From sequence record MT446422.1: a stretch of DNA of 64,000 nucleotides. One strand, 5' to 3'. How positions within the stretch are numbered: position 1 is the first letter of the stretch; each line of letters begins with the position of its first letter. The stretch is from Escherichia virus TH57. The notes beneath the pieces are model-generated. The model had not been told where the DNA came from. It worked only from the letters and a program-made list of their open reading frames with translations, and searched no databases. The translations under genes were made by a program, and so were the position numbers. This document shows positions 1-9,444 of this stretch, in pieces.

Positions 1-164
1 AAATTGAAGTTGGCCGCCACAAAGGTCGTTTAATTGAACATTCACTTTACGAATTGTCGGATTCTCGTAAGTTACCCGATGAAGAATCTGCTTTAATTTT
101 TGCCGCGGCGGATTATATCCATTGGCTTGAAGCACAACTTCGCTTTTCTGATGAGGTCTTTTAA
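1..164 (+). CDS. hypothetical protein, 3' end only (start lies upstream of window)
   Basis: Open frame from window edge to TAA 162-164; stop overlaps the next ATG (TAATG). Confidence 0.3.
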   Translation, partial: IEVGRHKGRLIEHSLYELSDSRKLPDEESALIFAAADYIHWLEAQLRFSDEVF

Positions 165-433
165 TGTTTTTAGAAATTGTTAATATTCATGCTGCTCAAT
201 CAGGTTTTATGAAAGAGCTTCAAGACGCAGGATTTAAAAATGGCGATGTTATCCAGGCGTTAAGACAACGTTTTGACCCTGATGTTGAATGTAATGTTTG
301 GGACGTTGTTGAAACAGATGAATACCTTTTTGATACCATAGAAATTGAAGGGTCATGGACTTGTATCACTGAGTATATGATAATTGATAATGGTAACGTT
401 GAATGCCATTATCCTTGTTTTAGGATTGTTTAA
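164..433 (+). CDS. hypothetical protein (89 aa)
   Basis: ORF on the early strand; start overlaps upstream stop. Confidence 0.4.
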   Translation: MFLEIVNIHAAQSGFMKELQDAGFKNGDVIQALRQRFDPDVECNVWDVVETDEYLFDTIEIEGSWTCITEYMIIDNGNVECHYPCFRIV

Positions 434-609
434 TGAAAACTAAATTAGTCTATACTGAAAAGTTAAATGGTGCCAAGGTCTGGAAACTTCTTATCAAAGG
501 AAGTCCTACTGACCAGTTTATGGCCACCTGTGTGGGATTGTATACTCGCCCTACCAAAAAGATGATTCGTCAATTTAAACGGTTGCATCGCTCGTTCTAT
601 AATATTTAA
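433..609 (+). CDS. small basic protein (58 aa), paralog of ORF 24041-24262
   Basis: ATG overlaps upstream stop; C-terminal motif RPTKKMIRQFKRLHRS resembles RPTKRQIRKLKKAHRQ in ORF 24041-24262; followed by hairpin and T-run. Confidence 0.4.
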   Translation: MKTKLVYTEKLNGAKVWKLLIKGSPTDQFMATCVGLYTRPTKKMIRQFKRLHRSFYNI

Positions 610-615
610 TAAATA

Positions 616-644
616 CCCTTATCTAATAATGGTAAGGGTTTATT
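616..644 (+). terminator. hairpin plus T-run upstream of gene 49
   Basis: CCCTTA..TAAGGG inverted repeat followed by TTTATT. Confidence 0.35.
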
Positions 645-1118
645 ATGTTGTTGACTGGCAAATTATACAAAGAAGAAAAACAAAAACTTTATGATGCACA
701 AGCTGGTAAGTGTCCAATTTGCCACCGTGATTTGGACTCTGATGTTCAGGCCAACCATCTTGACCATGACCACGAATTGAACGGGCCAAAAGCCGGTAAG
801 GTTCGCGGGTTACTATGCAATCTGTGCAATGGAACAGAAGGGCAAATGAAGCATAAGTTCAGCCGTTCGGGTCTGAAAGGTCGTGATGTTGACTACCTGG
901 AATGGTTGGAGAGTTTGCTTGTCTATCTGAAATCTGATTATACCGAAAACAATATTCACCCCAATTTTGTAACAGACAAAGCCAAAGAGTTTGGCCGCCT
1001 GGGGAAAGAAGAAATGATTCGGGAAATGCTTTTGAATGGTATGACTTATAATGAATCTGACACCAAAACACAATTAATGGCTTCATTTAAGAAGCAGCTT
1101 AGAAAGAGTTTAAAATGA
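645..1118 (+). CDS. 49: recombination endonuclease VII (Holliday junction resolvase)
   Basis: 157 aa; N-terminus MLLTGKLYKEEKQK and Cys/His zinc core (CPICHRDL...HDHELNG...CNLCN) as recalled for T4 gp49; canonical position upstream of nrdD. Confidence 0.9.
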   Translation: MLLTGKLYKEEKQKLYDAQAGKCPICHRDLDSDVQANHLDHDHELNGPKAGKVRGLLCNLCNGTEGQMKHKFSRSGLKGRDVDYLEWLESLLVYLKSDYTENNIHPNFVTDKAKEFGRLGKEEMIREMLLNGMTYNESDTKTQLMASFKKQLRKSLK

Positions 1119-2932
1119 CAATTGAAAACGAAATTGAAGGATTGATTCATAAAACTAATAAAGACCTTTTAAACGAGAATGCTAATAAAGATTCTCGTGT
1201 TTTTCCAACTCAACGTGACCTTATGGCTGGTATTGTATCTAAACACATTGCCAAAAATATGGTCGCGTCTTTTATTATGAAAGCACATGAAAGCGGAATT
1301 ATTCATTTCCATGATATTGATTATTCCCCTGCTCTTCCATTTACTAATTGCTGTTTAGTAGATTTAAAAGGAATGCTTGAGAACGGATTTAAGCTTGGTA
1401 ACGCACAGATTGAAACTCCTAAATCAATTGGTGTTGCTACTGCAATTATGGCACAAATTACTGCACAGGTTGCTTCTCACCAATATGGTGGAACGACTTT
1501 TGCTAATGTAGACAAAGTATTTTCTCCTTATGTTAAACGTACATACGCAAAACATATTGAAGACGCAGAAAAATGGCAAATCACTGATGCATTGAATTAT
1601 GCCCAATCTAAAACAGAAAAAGACGTATACGATGCATTCCAAGCTTATGAATACGAAGTAAATACTCTCTTTAGTTCAAACGGACAAACGCCTTTTGTAA
1701 CCATTACATTTGGTACGGGAACTGACTGGACTGAACGAATGATTCAGAAAGCAATTCTGAAAAATCGTATCAAAGGTCTTGGTCGCGATGGGATAACTCC
1801 TATTTTCCCTAAACTTGTTATGTTCGTTGAAGAAGGTGTTAATCTTTATAAAGACGACCCGAACTATGATATTAAGCAGCTTGCTCTAGAGTGTGCAAGC
1901 AAAAGAATGTATCCTGATATTATTTCAGTTAAGAATAATAAAGCTATCACCGGTTCATCTATTCCTGTTTCTCCAATGGGTTGCCGTAGTTTCTTGAGCG
2001 TATGGAAAGATTCGACTGGTAATGAAATTCTTGATGGACGTAATAATCTTGGCGTTGTAACACTGAATCTTCCTCGTATTGCATTAGATTCTTATATTGG
2101 AACACAGTTCAATGAACAGAAATTTATCGAATTGTTTAATGAGCGAATGGATTTATGTTTTGAAGCATTGATGTGCAGAATTAGTTCCTTAAAAGGAATT
2201 AAAGCGACTGTTGCTCCTATTCTTTACCAAGAAGGTGCGTTCGGGGTTCGTCTTAAACCTGATGATGATATAATTGAGTTATTTAAAAACGGTAGAAGTT
2301 CAGTGTCTTTGGGATACATTGGTATTCACGAATTGAATATTCTTGTCGGTCGTGATATTGGGCAGGAAATTTTAACTAAAATGAATGCTCGTCTTAAGCA
2401 GTGGACCGAAAGAACCGGTTTTGCTTTTAGCTTGTATTCTACTCCCGCTGAAAACCTTTGTTATCGATTCTGTAAACTTGATACTGAAAAATATGGAAGT
2501 GTAAAAGATGTTACCGATAAAGGATGGTACACTAACAGTTTCCATGTTTCAGTAGAAGAAAATATTACTCCGTTTGAAAAGATTTCTCGCGAAGCACCAT
2601 ATCATTTCATTGCGACAGGTGGTCACATTTCTTATGTTGAACTTCCTGATATGAAAAATAACTTAAAAGGTCTTGAGGCTGTATGGGATTATGCTGCACA
2701 ACATTTAGATTATTTTGGTGTTAATATGCCAGTAGATAAATGTTTTACGTGTGGAAGTACCCATGAGATGACTCCTACTGAAAACGGATTTGTTTGTTCT
2801 ATTTGTGGAGAAACTGACCCTAAAAAGATGAACACAATAAGAAGAACATGCGGCTATCTTGGAAACCCGAACGAACGCGGATTTAATCTCGGCAAAAATA
2901 AAGAAATCATGCATAGGGTTAAACACCAATGA
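1115..2932 (+). CDS. nrdD: anaerobic ribonucleoside-triphosphate reductase (class III)
   Basis: 605 aa; C-terminal glycyl-radical motif RRTCGYLG and CxxC zinc ribbon (CFTCGS...CSICGE); uninterrupted ORF. Confidence 0.95.
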   Translation: MTIENEIEGLIHKTNKDLLNENANKDSRVFPTQRDLMAGIVSKHIAKNMVASFIMKAHESGIIHFHDIDYSPALPFTNCCLVDLKGMLENGFKLGNAQIETPKSIGVATAIMAQITAQVASHQYGGTTFANVDKVFSPYVKRTYAKHIEDAEKWQITDALNYAQSKTEKDVYDAFQAYEYEVNTLFSSNGQTPFVTITFGTGTDWTERMIQKAILKNRIKGLGRDGITPIFPKLVMFVEEGVNLYKDDPNYDIKQLALECASKRMYPDIISVKNNKAITGSSIPVSPMGCRSFLSVWKDSTGNEILDGRNNLGVVTLNLPRIALDSYIGTQFNEQKFIELFNERMDLCFEALMCRISSLKGIKATVAPILYQEGAFGVRLKPDDDIIELFKNGRSSVSLGYIGIHELNILVGRDIGQEILTKMNARLKQWTERTGFAFSLYSTPAENLCYRFCKLDTEKYGSVKDVTDKGWYTNSFHVSVEENITPFEKISREAPYHFIATGGHISYVELPDMKNNLKGLEAVWDYAAQHLDYFGVNMPVDKCFTCGSTHEMTPTENGFVCSICGETDPKKMNTIRRTCGYLGNPNERGFNLGKNKEIMHRVKHQ

Positions 2933-3399
2933 ATTACGATAGAATATATCCTTGCGATTTTATTAATGGTCCTGGCTGCAGGGCCGTTCTTTTCGTTACA
3001 GGTTGTTTGCATAAATGCGAAGGGTGTTATAATAAATCAACATGGAATGCTAGAAATGGTGTTCCATTCACTGGTGAAACACTAGAACAATTAATTGAAT
3101 GTTTGAATAATGATTATATAGAAGGATTGACTATAACTGGAGGAGACCCTCTCTATCCCGATAACCGAGATGTTATTCACTCTGTGGTTCAAACTATTAA
3201 AAATCTTTATCCCAATAAAAGCATTTGGTTGTGGACCGGATATAAGTTTGAAGATATTAAACAACTAGAAATGCTTAAATATGTTGATGTTATTATTGAT
3301 GGGAAGTATGAGAAAAATCTTCCGACCAAAAAACTGTGGCGAGGGTCAGATAATCAGCGACTTTGGTCAAATACCGATGGGGTGTGGAAACATGATTAA
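2929..3399 (+). CDS. nrdG: anaerobic RNR activating protein (radical SAM)
   Basis: 156 aa; CxxxCxxC cluster motif (CLHKCEGC); start overlaps nrdD stop. Confidence 0.9.
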   Translation: MNYDRIYPCDFINGPGCRAVLFVTGCLHKCEGCYNKSTWNARNGVPFTGETLEQLIECLNNDYIEGLTITGGDPLYPDNRDVIHSVVQTIKNLYPNKSIWLWTGYKFEDIKQLEMLKYVDVIIDGKYEKNLPTKKLWRGSDNQRLWSNTDGVWKHD

Positions 3400-3513
3400 A
3401 TTTAATTATATTATGGACACTATAAATGATATGATTTTTCATTTTGGTCCAGAATTTTATTCGCAGTATAGTTTAGTGTTTATCAATGCTTGGTTAATCA
3501 ATTAAGGGTAAAT

Positions 3514-3729
3514 ATGAATAAATTTCGTAATGCTACAGCAGATATTCTGGCAAACATAACGCTTGTGTTGTTCATCGTTTGTCTGCTTATTCTGGCTATC
3601 CCGTTTGGTTTACTGTTTGTTATCATCGGTTGGTTAAGCACCAATCCTGGCCTAGAAAGCTCTGAATTCAACAAACGAATCCAGGCTATTCATAGTACCA
3701 TTGCAAAAATGATGAAGGTGAAAGAATGA
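3514..3729 (+). CDS. small membrane protein
   Basis: Hydrophobic core LVLFIVCLLILAIPFGLLFVIIGWL; start chosen at internal ATG 3514. Confidence 0.35.
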   Translation: MNKFRNATADILANITLVLFIVCLLILAIPFGLLFVIIGWLSTNPGLESSEFNKRIQAIHSTIAKMMKVKE

Positions 3730-4025
3730 AACGTTTTGAAGAATATGTAGCTACTAATTGGACCGCGTGGGACAAATTCGGTGATGAATGGTACTTCCAC
3801 GACTGTGACCTGGACCCGAAATTCTTTGCTGATAAAGAAGAAGACCTTAAAGATATCTATGCTCTATCTGAGATTCATGGAATCAAACCGACGGTTTATT
3901 TCTCTTTCAATGACACAGGTTTCCTTATTCAGGTTTATGTCCCGTATGCAACCGCCAGCGATGAAGAAGTTATTAAAACCTGGAACTACCAAGGAGTGAT
4001 TTCCTGTGGGCCAAAACTCGACTAA
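3726..4025 (+). CDS. hypothetical protein (99 aa)
   Basis: ORF with start overlapping upstream stop. Confidence 0.4.
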   Translation: MKRFEEYVATNWTAWDKFGDEWYFHDCDLDPKFFADKEEDLKDIYALSEIHGIKPTVYFSFNDTGFLIQVYVPYATASDEEVIKTWNYQGVISCGPKLD

Positions 4026-4323
4026 GATTGAAATTTATGGTATCCCCGAAGAAGTCGGTCGATGCCCTGGTTGTATGCACGTAAGGAGCCTTCTGGGCTC
4101 CTTAAACCTTCCTTATACATTCTATTCAGTCCTTAACAAACAAGGCTCTGAAATCGCTTATGACAGGCCTTTAATCATGTCTTTGGCTAAGCGTGCTGGA
4201 TATCCTACCCTTAACATTCGTTACCCAGTGATTTTTGTCAATGATGAAAAAATGACAAATATTCCTGCCTTTAAAACAAAACTGATATCCCTGGGGTACG
4301 ACCAGGACTTAATTGAAGATTAA
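4006..4323 (+). CDS. glutaredoxin/thioredoxin-like redox protein
   Basis: CPGC active-site-like motif after a beta-strand (IEIYGIPEEVGRCPGC); start codon uncertain (GTG at 4006). Confidence 0.45.
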   Translation: MGQNSTKIEIYGIPEEVGRCPGCMHVRSLLGSLNLPYTFYSVLNKQGSEIAYDRPLIMSLAKRAGYPTLNIRYPVIFVNDEKMTNIPAFKTKLISLGYDQDLIED

Positions 4324-4346
4324 AAAGGGGTGTACAAGCCCCTTTG
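4324..4346 (+). terminator. hairpin with T-run
   Basis: AAAGGGG tgtacaa GCCCCTTT. Confidence 0.4.
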
Positions 4347-4359
4347 AACGGTGTATCAT
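4330..4359 (+). promoter_or_regulatory. early-type promoter cassette (GTGTACA, 18 nt, TATCAT) plus conserved leader
   Basis: -35-like GTGTACA inside GGGG..CCCC hairpin; downstream leader CCATCAACTACTGATGAGGA then ATG 4391. Confidence 0.45.
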
Positions 4360-4390
4360 TATCCCATCAACTACTGATGAGGAAAACAAA

Positions 4391-4573
4391 ATGGTTATTG
4401 AAGATAAAGAAATTAAACTTGACCATTATTATTCTGTAAATGGTTATCCTATACAAGTAACCAAAGTGACTGACCAAGATGTATGGTATCGTCCTTTGAA
4501 ATGGCCAGACGCTCCGTTGATGGTGTGCGACCGTAGCTTGTTCAATACAGTTGCGAAAGGACCTAAATTATGA
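4391..4573 (+). CDS. hypothetical protein (60 aa)
   Basis: ATG 4391 directly after conserved leader ATCAACTACTGATGAGGA downstream of promoter cassette. Confidence 0.35.
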   Translation: MVIEDKEIKLDHYYSVNGYPIQVTKVTDQDVWYRPLKWPDAPLMVCDRSLFNTVAKGPKL

Positions 4574-4824
4574 GCCTGAAATTACACTCAATGAAAAATA
4601 TCATTACCCTTAATCTGGATGATGAGCGCCTGATTTTTCTCACCGTCACTGATAAGAATATTGAAATTGCAAATGGTCCTAAGACTTATTGTTGCCCAGT
4701 GAAGAATTGGAAACATGTAACCTTTTTGACCCTGGGTGAACGCCTGAAAGACCTTAAGTTGGATTTGGATGTCAAAGATATCCAGTACATTAAAAATCTT
4801 ATTGGATACAAACTGTTGAGGTAA
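4570..4824 (+). CDS. hypothetical protein (84 aa)
   Basis: ORF with stop/start overlap. Confidence 0.4.
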   Translation: MSLKLHSMKNIITLNLDDERLIFLTVTDKNIEIANGPKTYCCPVKNWKHVTFLTLGERLKDLKLDLDVKDIQYIKNLIGYKLLR

Positions 4825-4826
4825 CT

Positions 4827-5120
4827 ATGGGTAAAACTATCCGTCGTAAAGAATTGTCTGTAAAAGATTTTTATTATTCCGGACGTCGTAAAGCACCAGA
4901 CGGTGTAAGTCAGGAACAAGTTGAAGAAAATATTTTCCGTTCAGACAAATGGAAGCGTATGCGTGGCGTTGATTCAGAAGTCAAGAATGAAATGAATCGT
5001 CAACTGCGCAAAGAAGTTCGCCAGTTGAAAAAAGATGTATACGTTGAGGATGATTTTGATTATAATACTTCTCACCGTGTTGCAAAGCGTAAATCAAATG
5101 AATGTTATCGTTACAGTTGA
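4827..5120 (+). CDS. hypothetical basic protein (97 aa)
   Basis: ORF rich in Lys/Arg. Confidence 0.4.
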   Translation: MGKTIRRKELSVKDFYYSGRRKAPDGVSQEQVEENIFRSDKWKRMRGVDSEVKNEMNRQLRKEVRQLKKDVYVEDDFDYNTSHRVAKRKSNECYRYS

Positions 5121-5259
5121 GGAAAATATGAATATCAAACGTATGCTTTTTAAACAAGGGTTATACACTTTAAATTCTGCTCCAAAAGGCGATACAACCA
5201 AGTGGTCAGTAAATGACTGGATTGAATTTATTGATGAAAACGGTAACTGGAAAATTTAA

Positions 5260-5457
5260 ATGAACCCTGAATCTAAATTATCACAGCGAATTGCTGAAGC
5301 TCGTCGCCAGTTTTTTGAAAATATGATAGCTCAAGGTATCGATGACGAAGTTTTTCTAAACTGGTTTTGGAATCACAAGTATTCAAGTTGTTCAGGAGCG
5401 ATATTCATATCAGCCGCAATGATGTATGAAGGCTGGAAAGCGGCTAAAGCGCAATAA
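5260..5457 (+). CDS. hypothetical protein (65 aa)
   Basis: ORF on early strand. Confidence 0.35.
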   Translation: MNPESKLSQRIAEARRQFFENMIAQGIDDEVFLNWFWNHKYSSCSGAIFISAAMMYEGWKAAKAQ

Positions 5458-5463
5458 AAACCA

Positions 5464-5486
5464 ACGGGGTCATGGTATAATGACCC
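5464..5486 (+). promoter_or_regulatory. stem-loop with embedded TATAAT (-10) upstream of ORF 5530
   Basis: GGGTCAT..TATAAT..ATGACCC inverted repeat. Confidence 0.35.
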
Positions 5487-5529
5487 TAGGATAATAAAAT
5501 TTTAATTTAATGAGACTGAGGAATATATC

Positions 5530-5856
5530 ATGACTGCATCTATCACTAACATCATCGCTAATTTCGCATTTACTAAAGTTAACACTCTGATGAAATCTGG
5601 TTTTGTTACTCCTGAGATTCTGGACCAGTGGGAAGGCGATGTACAGAAACTGATTATTGCAGAAGGTCAGACAATGGGTAAAGCGCGTATTCGTGAAAGC
5701 CTTGTCCAGTATATCCTGAATGAATTTGATGTAGTAGCGTTTGGTTTACCGCTTCTGCGTGAAAACAAAGAAGTTTCTGATAAAGCTATCAAGCGTATGA
5801 AGTCCCAACGCAAGAAGGGGTTTGTTGACCTGAAAATTGTTAAGGGTGCAAAATGA
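5530..5856 (+). CDS. hypothetical protein (108 aa)
   Basis: ORF preceded by stem-loop promoter element and GAGGAA RBS. Confidence 0.45.
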   Translation: MTASITNIIANFAFTKVNTLMKSGFVTPEILDQWEGDVQKLIIAEGQTMGKARIRESLVQYILNEFDVVAFGLPLLRENKEVSDKAIKRMKSQRKKGFVDLKIVKGAK

Positions 5857-6116
5857 TGTGCCCTGCTATTGAATTACCTGAAGGTGTTGCGGTAATAGTA
5901 TCCTACAAACATACGTATGCTAATGGAATTCGCCGAGCTCATAAAATTAGTCACGGTTACTATTTACAAAGGACTTTAAATTATTTCATTTCAATGGGAT
6001 ATGAATTCAGAATCTATCCTATGTGTACTAAAACCAAGTACACTAAAATCGATGCTTGGGAAGCTTGGGCGGAAGGCATGACATTAGACGAATTCCTGGA
6101 CTACTTAAATGATTAA
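5853..6116 (+). CDS. hypothetical protein (87 aa)
   Basis: ORF with stop/start overlap. Confidence 0.4.
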   Translation: MMCPAIELPEGVAVIVSYKHTYANGIRRAHKISHGYYLQRTLNYFISMGYEFRIYPMCTKTKYTKIDAWEAWAEGMTLDEFLDYLND

Positions 6117-6375
6117 AATAAAACTCTCTAATTACGATAAAAACCTGGAAATGATTACTATGAAAGAAGAACTCCTGAATGATGTCCGCTTGACGGGTTA
6201 TGCAGTTCAATTTAATGATGTTGGTGTCCTCCAGATTGAAGGCGACCACTTTATTATTGAATATGAATTCCATCAGTATTGGTTGTATGCCAAAGATGAA
6301 GTAGGTGGGATTGATTATGTTGACCAGTTTGATAAGCTTGACGATGTTTTAGAAGCTGCCCAGATGGTTTACTGA
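6109..6375 (+). CDS. hypothetical protein (88 aa or shorter)
   Basis: ORF; true start may be a downstream ATG. Confidence 0.35.
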   Translation: MIKIKLSNYDKNLEMITMKEELLNDVRLTGYAVQFNDVGVLQIEGDHFIIEYEFHQYWLYAKDEVGGIDYVDQFDKLDDVLEAAQMVY

Positions 6376-6641
6376 TGCACATCAATCATACAATGATATC
6401 CGTCCAGGACCTGGGAACGTTTTGGGTGGATGAATTTATGAAAATAACATTCTTCCCGCATGCAGAAGGGTATGGCTCTTGGGAGTCTCATATCGGTATG
6501 CTGAATGAAGGACAATACCGCAACGAGCATGACCGTTTGATGGAATTCATTAGCGATGCCGAGGTTATTCCTTATATTGACATCCATGAATTTAAGGCAA
6601 TTATGGAGAAGGTCTTTCAGGCTTACTGTTTACTTCGCTAA
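6375..6641 (+). CDS. hypothetical protein (88 aa)
   Basis: ORF with stop/start overlap. Confidence 0.4.
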   Translation: MHINHTMISVQDLGTFWVDEFMKITFFPHAEGYGSWESHIGMLNEGQYRNEHDRLMEFISDAEVIPYIDIHEFKAIMEKVFQAYCLLR

Positions 6642-6666
6642 TGCTTTGTATTAAGGATGATATAAT
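6642..6666 (+). promoter_or_regulatory. candidate middle promoter (MotA box plus -10) for gene 55
   Basis: aaTGCTTTg then 12 nt then TATAAT. Confidence 0.4.
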
Positions 6667-6689
6667 ATTCATATACTAAGTGAGGCGAT

Positions 6690-7247
6690 ATGAACGAAAT
6701 TAAATTAACCAAGAATAACTATGTAAATAATAAAGAGCTTTTGAAAGCTATTTCGGAGTGGAAACAGAAGCTGAATGCGAACACCGACCCGAACAAAATT
6801 ATTCGCCAGAACGATGTTATTGGTCTGGCGATTATGCTTATAGCCGAAGGTCTTAGCAAACGTTTCAACTTCTCCGGATATACCCAATCCTGGAAGCAAG
6901 AAATGATAGCAGACGGAATTGAGGCCGCAATAAAAGGTCTTCATAACTTCGACGAAACAAAATACGATAATCCACATGCTTACATAACAATGGCTTGCTT
7001 CAATGCTTTCGTTCAGCGTATCAAAAAAGAACGTAAAGAAATGGCAAAGAAATATAGCTACTTCGTCCATAACGTATATGATTCACGTGACGACGATATG
7101 GTGGCTCTGGCTGATGAAACATTTATCCAGGACATCTACGACAAAATGACACAGTACGAATCCTCTTTAGTTAAAGCGCCAGGGTCTGATAAGAGCGCCA
7201 AAGATAAAGAAGGTGATTTGGATTTTTTATATGGAACATCAATTTGA
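6690..7247 (+). CDS. 55: late-transcription sigma factor gp55
   Basis: 185 aa, the T4 gp55 size; sequence matches recalled T4 gp55 along its length. Confidence 0.9.
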   Translation: MNEIKLTKNNYVNNKELLKAISEWKQKLNANTDPNKIIRQNDVIGLAIMLIAEGLSKRFNFSGYTQSWKQEMIADGIEAAIKGLHNFDETKYDNPHAYITMACFNAFVQRIKKERKEMAKKYSYFVHNVYDSRDDDMVALADETFIQDIYDKMTQYESSLVKAPGSDKSAKDKEGDLDFLYGTSI

Positions 7248-7464
7248 TATTACCGATTTTTTAGATAAAATCGAGGAAGACTTTACTGCGCTCCCATATT
7301 TCATTAAACTTTATCTGCGAGACATAAAAGGTCTTCCAATTGATATCGACCCTTTAAACGTCCGGAATCTGGAATTTACTTCACCGGATAATAACGTTGA
7401 TTACCGTTATCATGTGGATAATGCTAATCTATATTTTACAATTGAGTTAACTCCCAAGGATTAA
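7231..7464 (+). CDS. hypothetical protein (77 aa)
   Basis: ORF overlapping the end of gene 55. Confidence 0.35.
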   Translation: MEHQFDITDFLDKIEEDFTALPYFIKLYLRDIKGLPIDIDPLNVRNLEFTSPDNNVDYRYHVDNANLYFTIELTPKD

Positions 7465-7465
7465 T

Positions 7466-7777
7466 ATGCAAGCTCCAGATATTTCTCAACTGACCGATAA
7501 GCAGATTGAAGAAGCACAGGAACGTCTCGAAGAAGCGAACGCACTCGAAGCGCAGAGTCAAGCAGCAAAGATTCTGAAAAAGAATGCTCGTGAAATTGCA
7601 CGACTGAATAAGCATGCTCAAGGGGCAGTGCTGGAAAACAATTTTGAAGCATACAAATATGCTTTAGTTAAACTGCGTGGAATTTACCGCCAACCAGTTA
7701 CGGAAGACCTGATTAAGTTGATGTGGGAAACTACTCGCAAACAAATTTGGGAAATCGTAAATGGCATTAGTAAATAA
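7466..7777 (+). CDS. hypothetical protein (103 aa)
   Basis: ORF, helical/charged composition. Confidence 0.45.
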   Translation: MQAPDISQLTDKQIEEAQERLEEANALEAQSQAAKILKKNAREIARLNKHAQGAVLENNFEAYKYALVKLRGIYRQPVTEDLIKLMWETTRKQIWEIVNGISK

Positions 7778-7964
7778 ACCTTTTAAACGGCTTCTTGTTG
7801 GAGCCGCTTTCAGACTTCGCTCATACGGTAATATCTGTATCAAGCAGACCGAAACCGAATATAAAATGGTTGGTCAGTATTCTGATGGTATTTTTCAGAT
7901 TGAGCCTGTGGCCAAGGTTTGGGTGGATTCACACCAACTTAAGAAATGGTGGCAACGATGGTAG
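7761..7964 (+). CDS. hypothetical protein (67 aa)
   Basis: ORF only. Confidence 0.3.
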   Translation: MALVNKPFKRLLVGAAFRLRSYGNICIKQTETEYKMVGQYSDGIFQIEPVAKVWVDSHQLKKWWQRW

Positions 7965-8054
7965 GATTTTATGAAAGCGGATGTAACGAAGACGAACATC
8001 CGGATTTTTAAGCTTATGAACGACGAATAAGAAAAAGTTTAAGAGGTTTTATGA

Positions 8055-8228
8055 ATGACGAATTCGACGGATTTTGATAAGATTAAATCTGGCAAAAATG
8101 AGATGATACTTCAATTTGAAGCCGCTCGTATTAAAGCAGAAAATGAAGGCACTATTACCCATAAGAAAATCAAGTTCAAGTCTAATCGCGAACCTCTGTA
8201 TGGTGTATTAATTGGAAAGGAAGCCTAG
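8055..8228 (+). CDS. hypothetical protein (57 aa)
   Basis: ATG 8055 preceded by AAGAGG RBS; below the ORF-track size cut-off. Confidence 0.3.
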   Translation: MTNSTDFDKIKSGKNEMILQFEAARIKAENEGTITHKKIKFKSNREPLYGVLIGKEA

Positions 8229-8240
8229 TGCTTCCTTTTT
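8219..8240 (+). terminator. rho-independent terminator
   Basis: GGAAGC ctagt GCTTCC followed by TTTTT. Confidence 0.5.
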
Positions 8241-8262
8241 GCTTTATATTCGGGATGATAAA
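8240..8262 (+). promoter_or_regulatory. candidate middle promoter
   Basis: TGCTTTA then about 11 nt then GATAAA; weak -10. Confidence 0.3.
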
Positions 8263-8284
8263 ATGAACCAACTGAGGAGAACAT

Positions 8285-8428
8285 ATGGAATTATTTTTAG
8301 GATATGTTGTGTTATTCATGGCATTCTACACATTCACACGAGCTTGTTGGATAGGATTCTTTTCTACTCCTGACGGGTTCATTTCAATAATTTTATTTTG
8401 CACTGCGATAACGGCGCTTGGCTTATGA
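8285..8428 (+). CDS. small membrane protein (47 aa)
   Basis: GAGGAG RBS 6 nt upstream; hydrophobic; stop overlaps gene 47 start. Confidence 0.3.
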   Translation: MELFLGYVVLFMAFYTFTRACWIGFFSTPDGFISIILFCTAITALGL

Positions 8429-9444
8429 AAATTTTAAATTTAGGTGATTGGCACTTGGGTGTCAAAGCTGACGACCCATGGGCTCAAAACATTCAACGTG
8501 ATGGTATTTTACAGGCGATTGCATATTCCAAAGCGAATGGAATTAAAGTTTGGATTCAATATGGTGATATTTTTGACGTCCGTAAGGCCGTAACGCATAA
8601 GACAATGGAATTCAGCCGCGAGATTATGGAACTCCTTCGTGAAGCAGGAATTACTATGCACACGATAGTCGGGAACCATGACATGAATCTGAAGAATAAG
8701 ATTCATCCTAATGCTATCACCGAACTCCTGAATAAGTATGACCATGTTAAAATCTACGACAAGCCAACGACTGTTGATTTTGACGGTTGTCAGATTGATA
8801 TGATTCCATGGATGTGTGACGAGAACGCGACTGACATTCATCAACACATCAAAACTTCTGGTGCCGAATATTGCATCGGTCACTGGGAATTAACCGGGTT
8901 TTATTTCTATAAAGGATTGAAATCCCACGGGCTTGAGCCTGATTTCCTTAAGAAGTACAAGCAAGTTTGGTCTGGGCACTTCCATACCATTTCAGAAGCT
9001 GCGAACGTTAAGTACATAGGAACGCCATGGACATTAACAGCAGGTGATGAGAATGACCCGCGCGGATTCTGGGAATTTGATACAGAAACCGAAGAGATGA
9101 AATTTATTCCGAATGAAACCACCTGGCATCGGAAGATTTTTTATCCAAACGAAACTATTAACTACGACGACTTCAAAGACTTATCAGTCCGTGTTATTGT
9201 AGAAAAAGTCGATAAAGACCTGACCAAGTTCGAATCTGAATTAGAAAAGCGTGTACATGAATTGCGTGTTGTCAATAAGGTTGATAACAGTGTTGATACG
9301 ACTGACTCCGAAGAAGAGTTAGACATAAAACGCTTAACTGATATGATGGCAGAATATATTGATGCATTACCTGACACCAATGAGAAAGAATCAAAAGCTC
9401 TTAAAGCATTGGCCAACAAATTATATCTTGAGGTGCAACCGTGA
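8425..9444 (+). CDS. 47: recombination endonuclease subunit gp47 (Mre11-like)
   Basis: Phosphoesterase motifs GDWHLG and GNHD; N-terminus MKILNLGDWHLGVKADD as recalled for T4 gp47; start taken at ATG 8425. Confidence 0.9.
   Translation: MKILNLGDWHLGVKADDPWAQNIQRDGILQAIAYSKANGIKVWIQYGDIFDVRKAVTHKTMEFSREIMELLREAGITMHTIVGNHDMNLKNKIHPNAITELLNKYDHVKIYDKPTTVDFDGCQIDMIPWMCDENATDIHQHIKTSGAEYCIGHWELTGFYFYKGLKSHGLEPDFLKKYKQVWSGHFHTISEAANVKYIGTPWTLTAGDENDPRGFWEFDTETEEMKFIPNETTWHRKIFYPNETINYDDFKDLSVRVIVEKVDKDLTKFESELEKRVHELRVVNKVDNSVDTTDSEEELDIKRLTDMMAEYIDALPDTNEKESKALKALANKLYLEVQP

Noticed and set aside
1115-2932. Possible group I intron in nrdD (T4 nrdD carries one)
   Set aside because: nrdD here is a single uninterrupted 605-aa ORF; no intron-sized insertion or embedded homing endonuclease ORF
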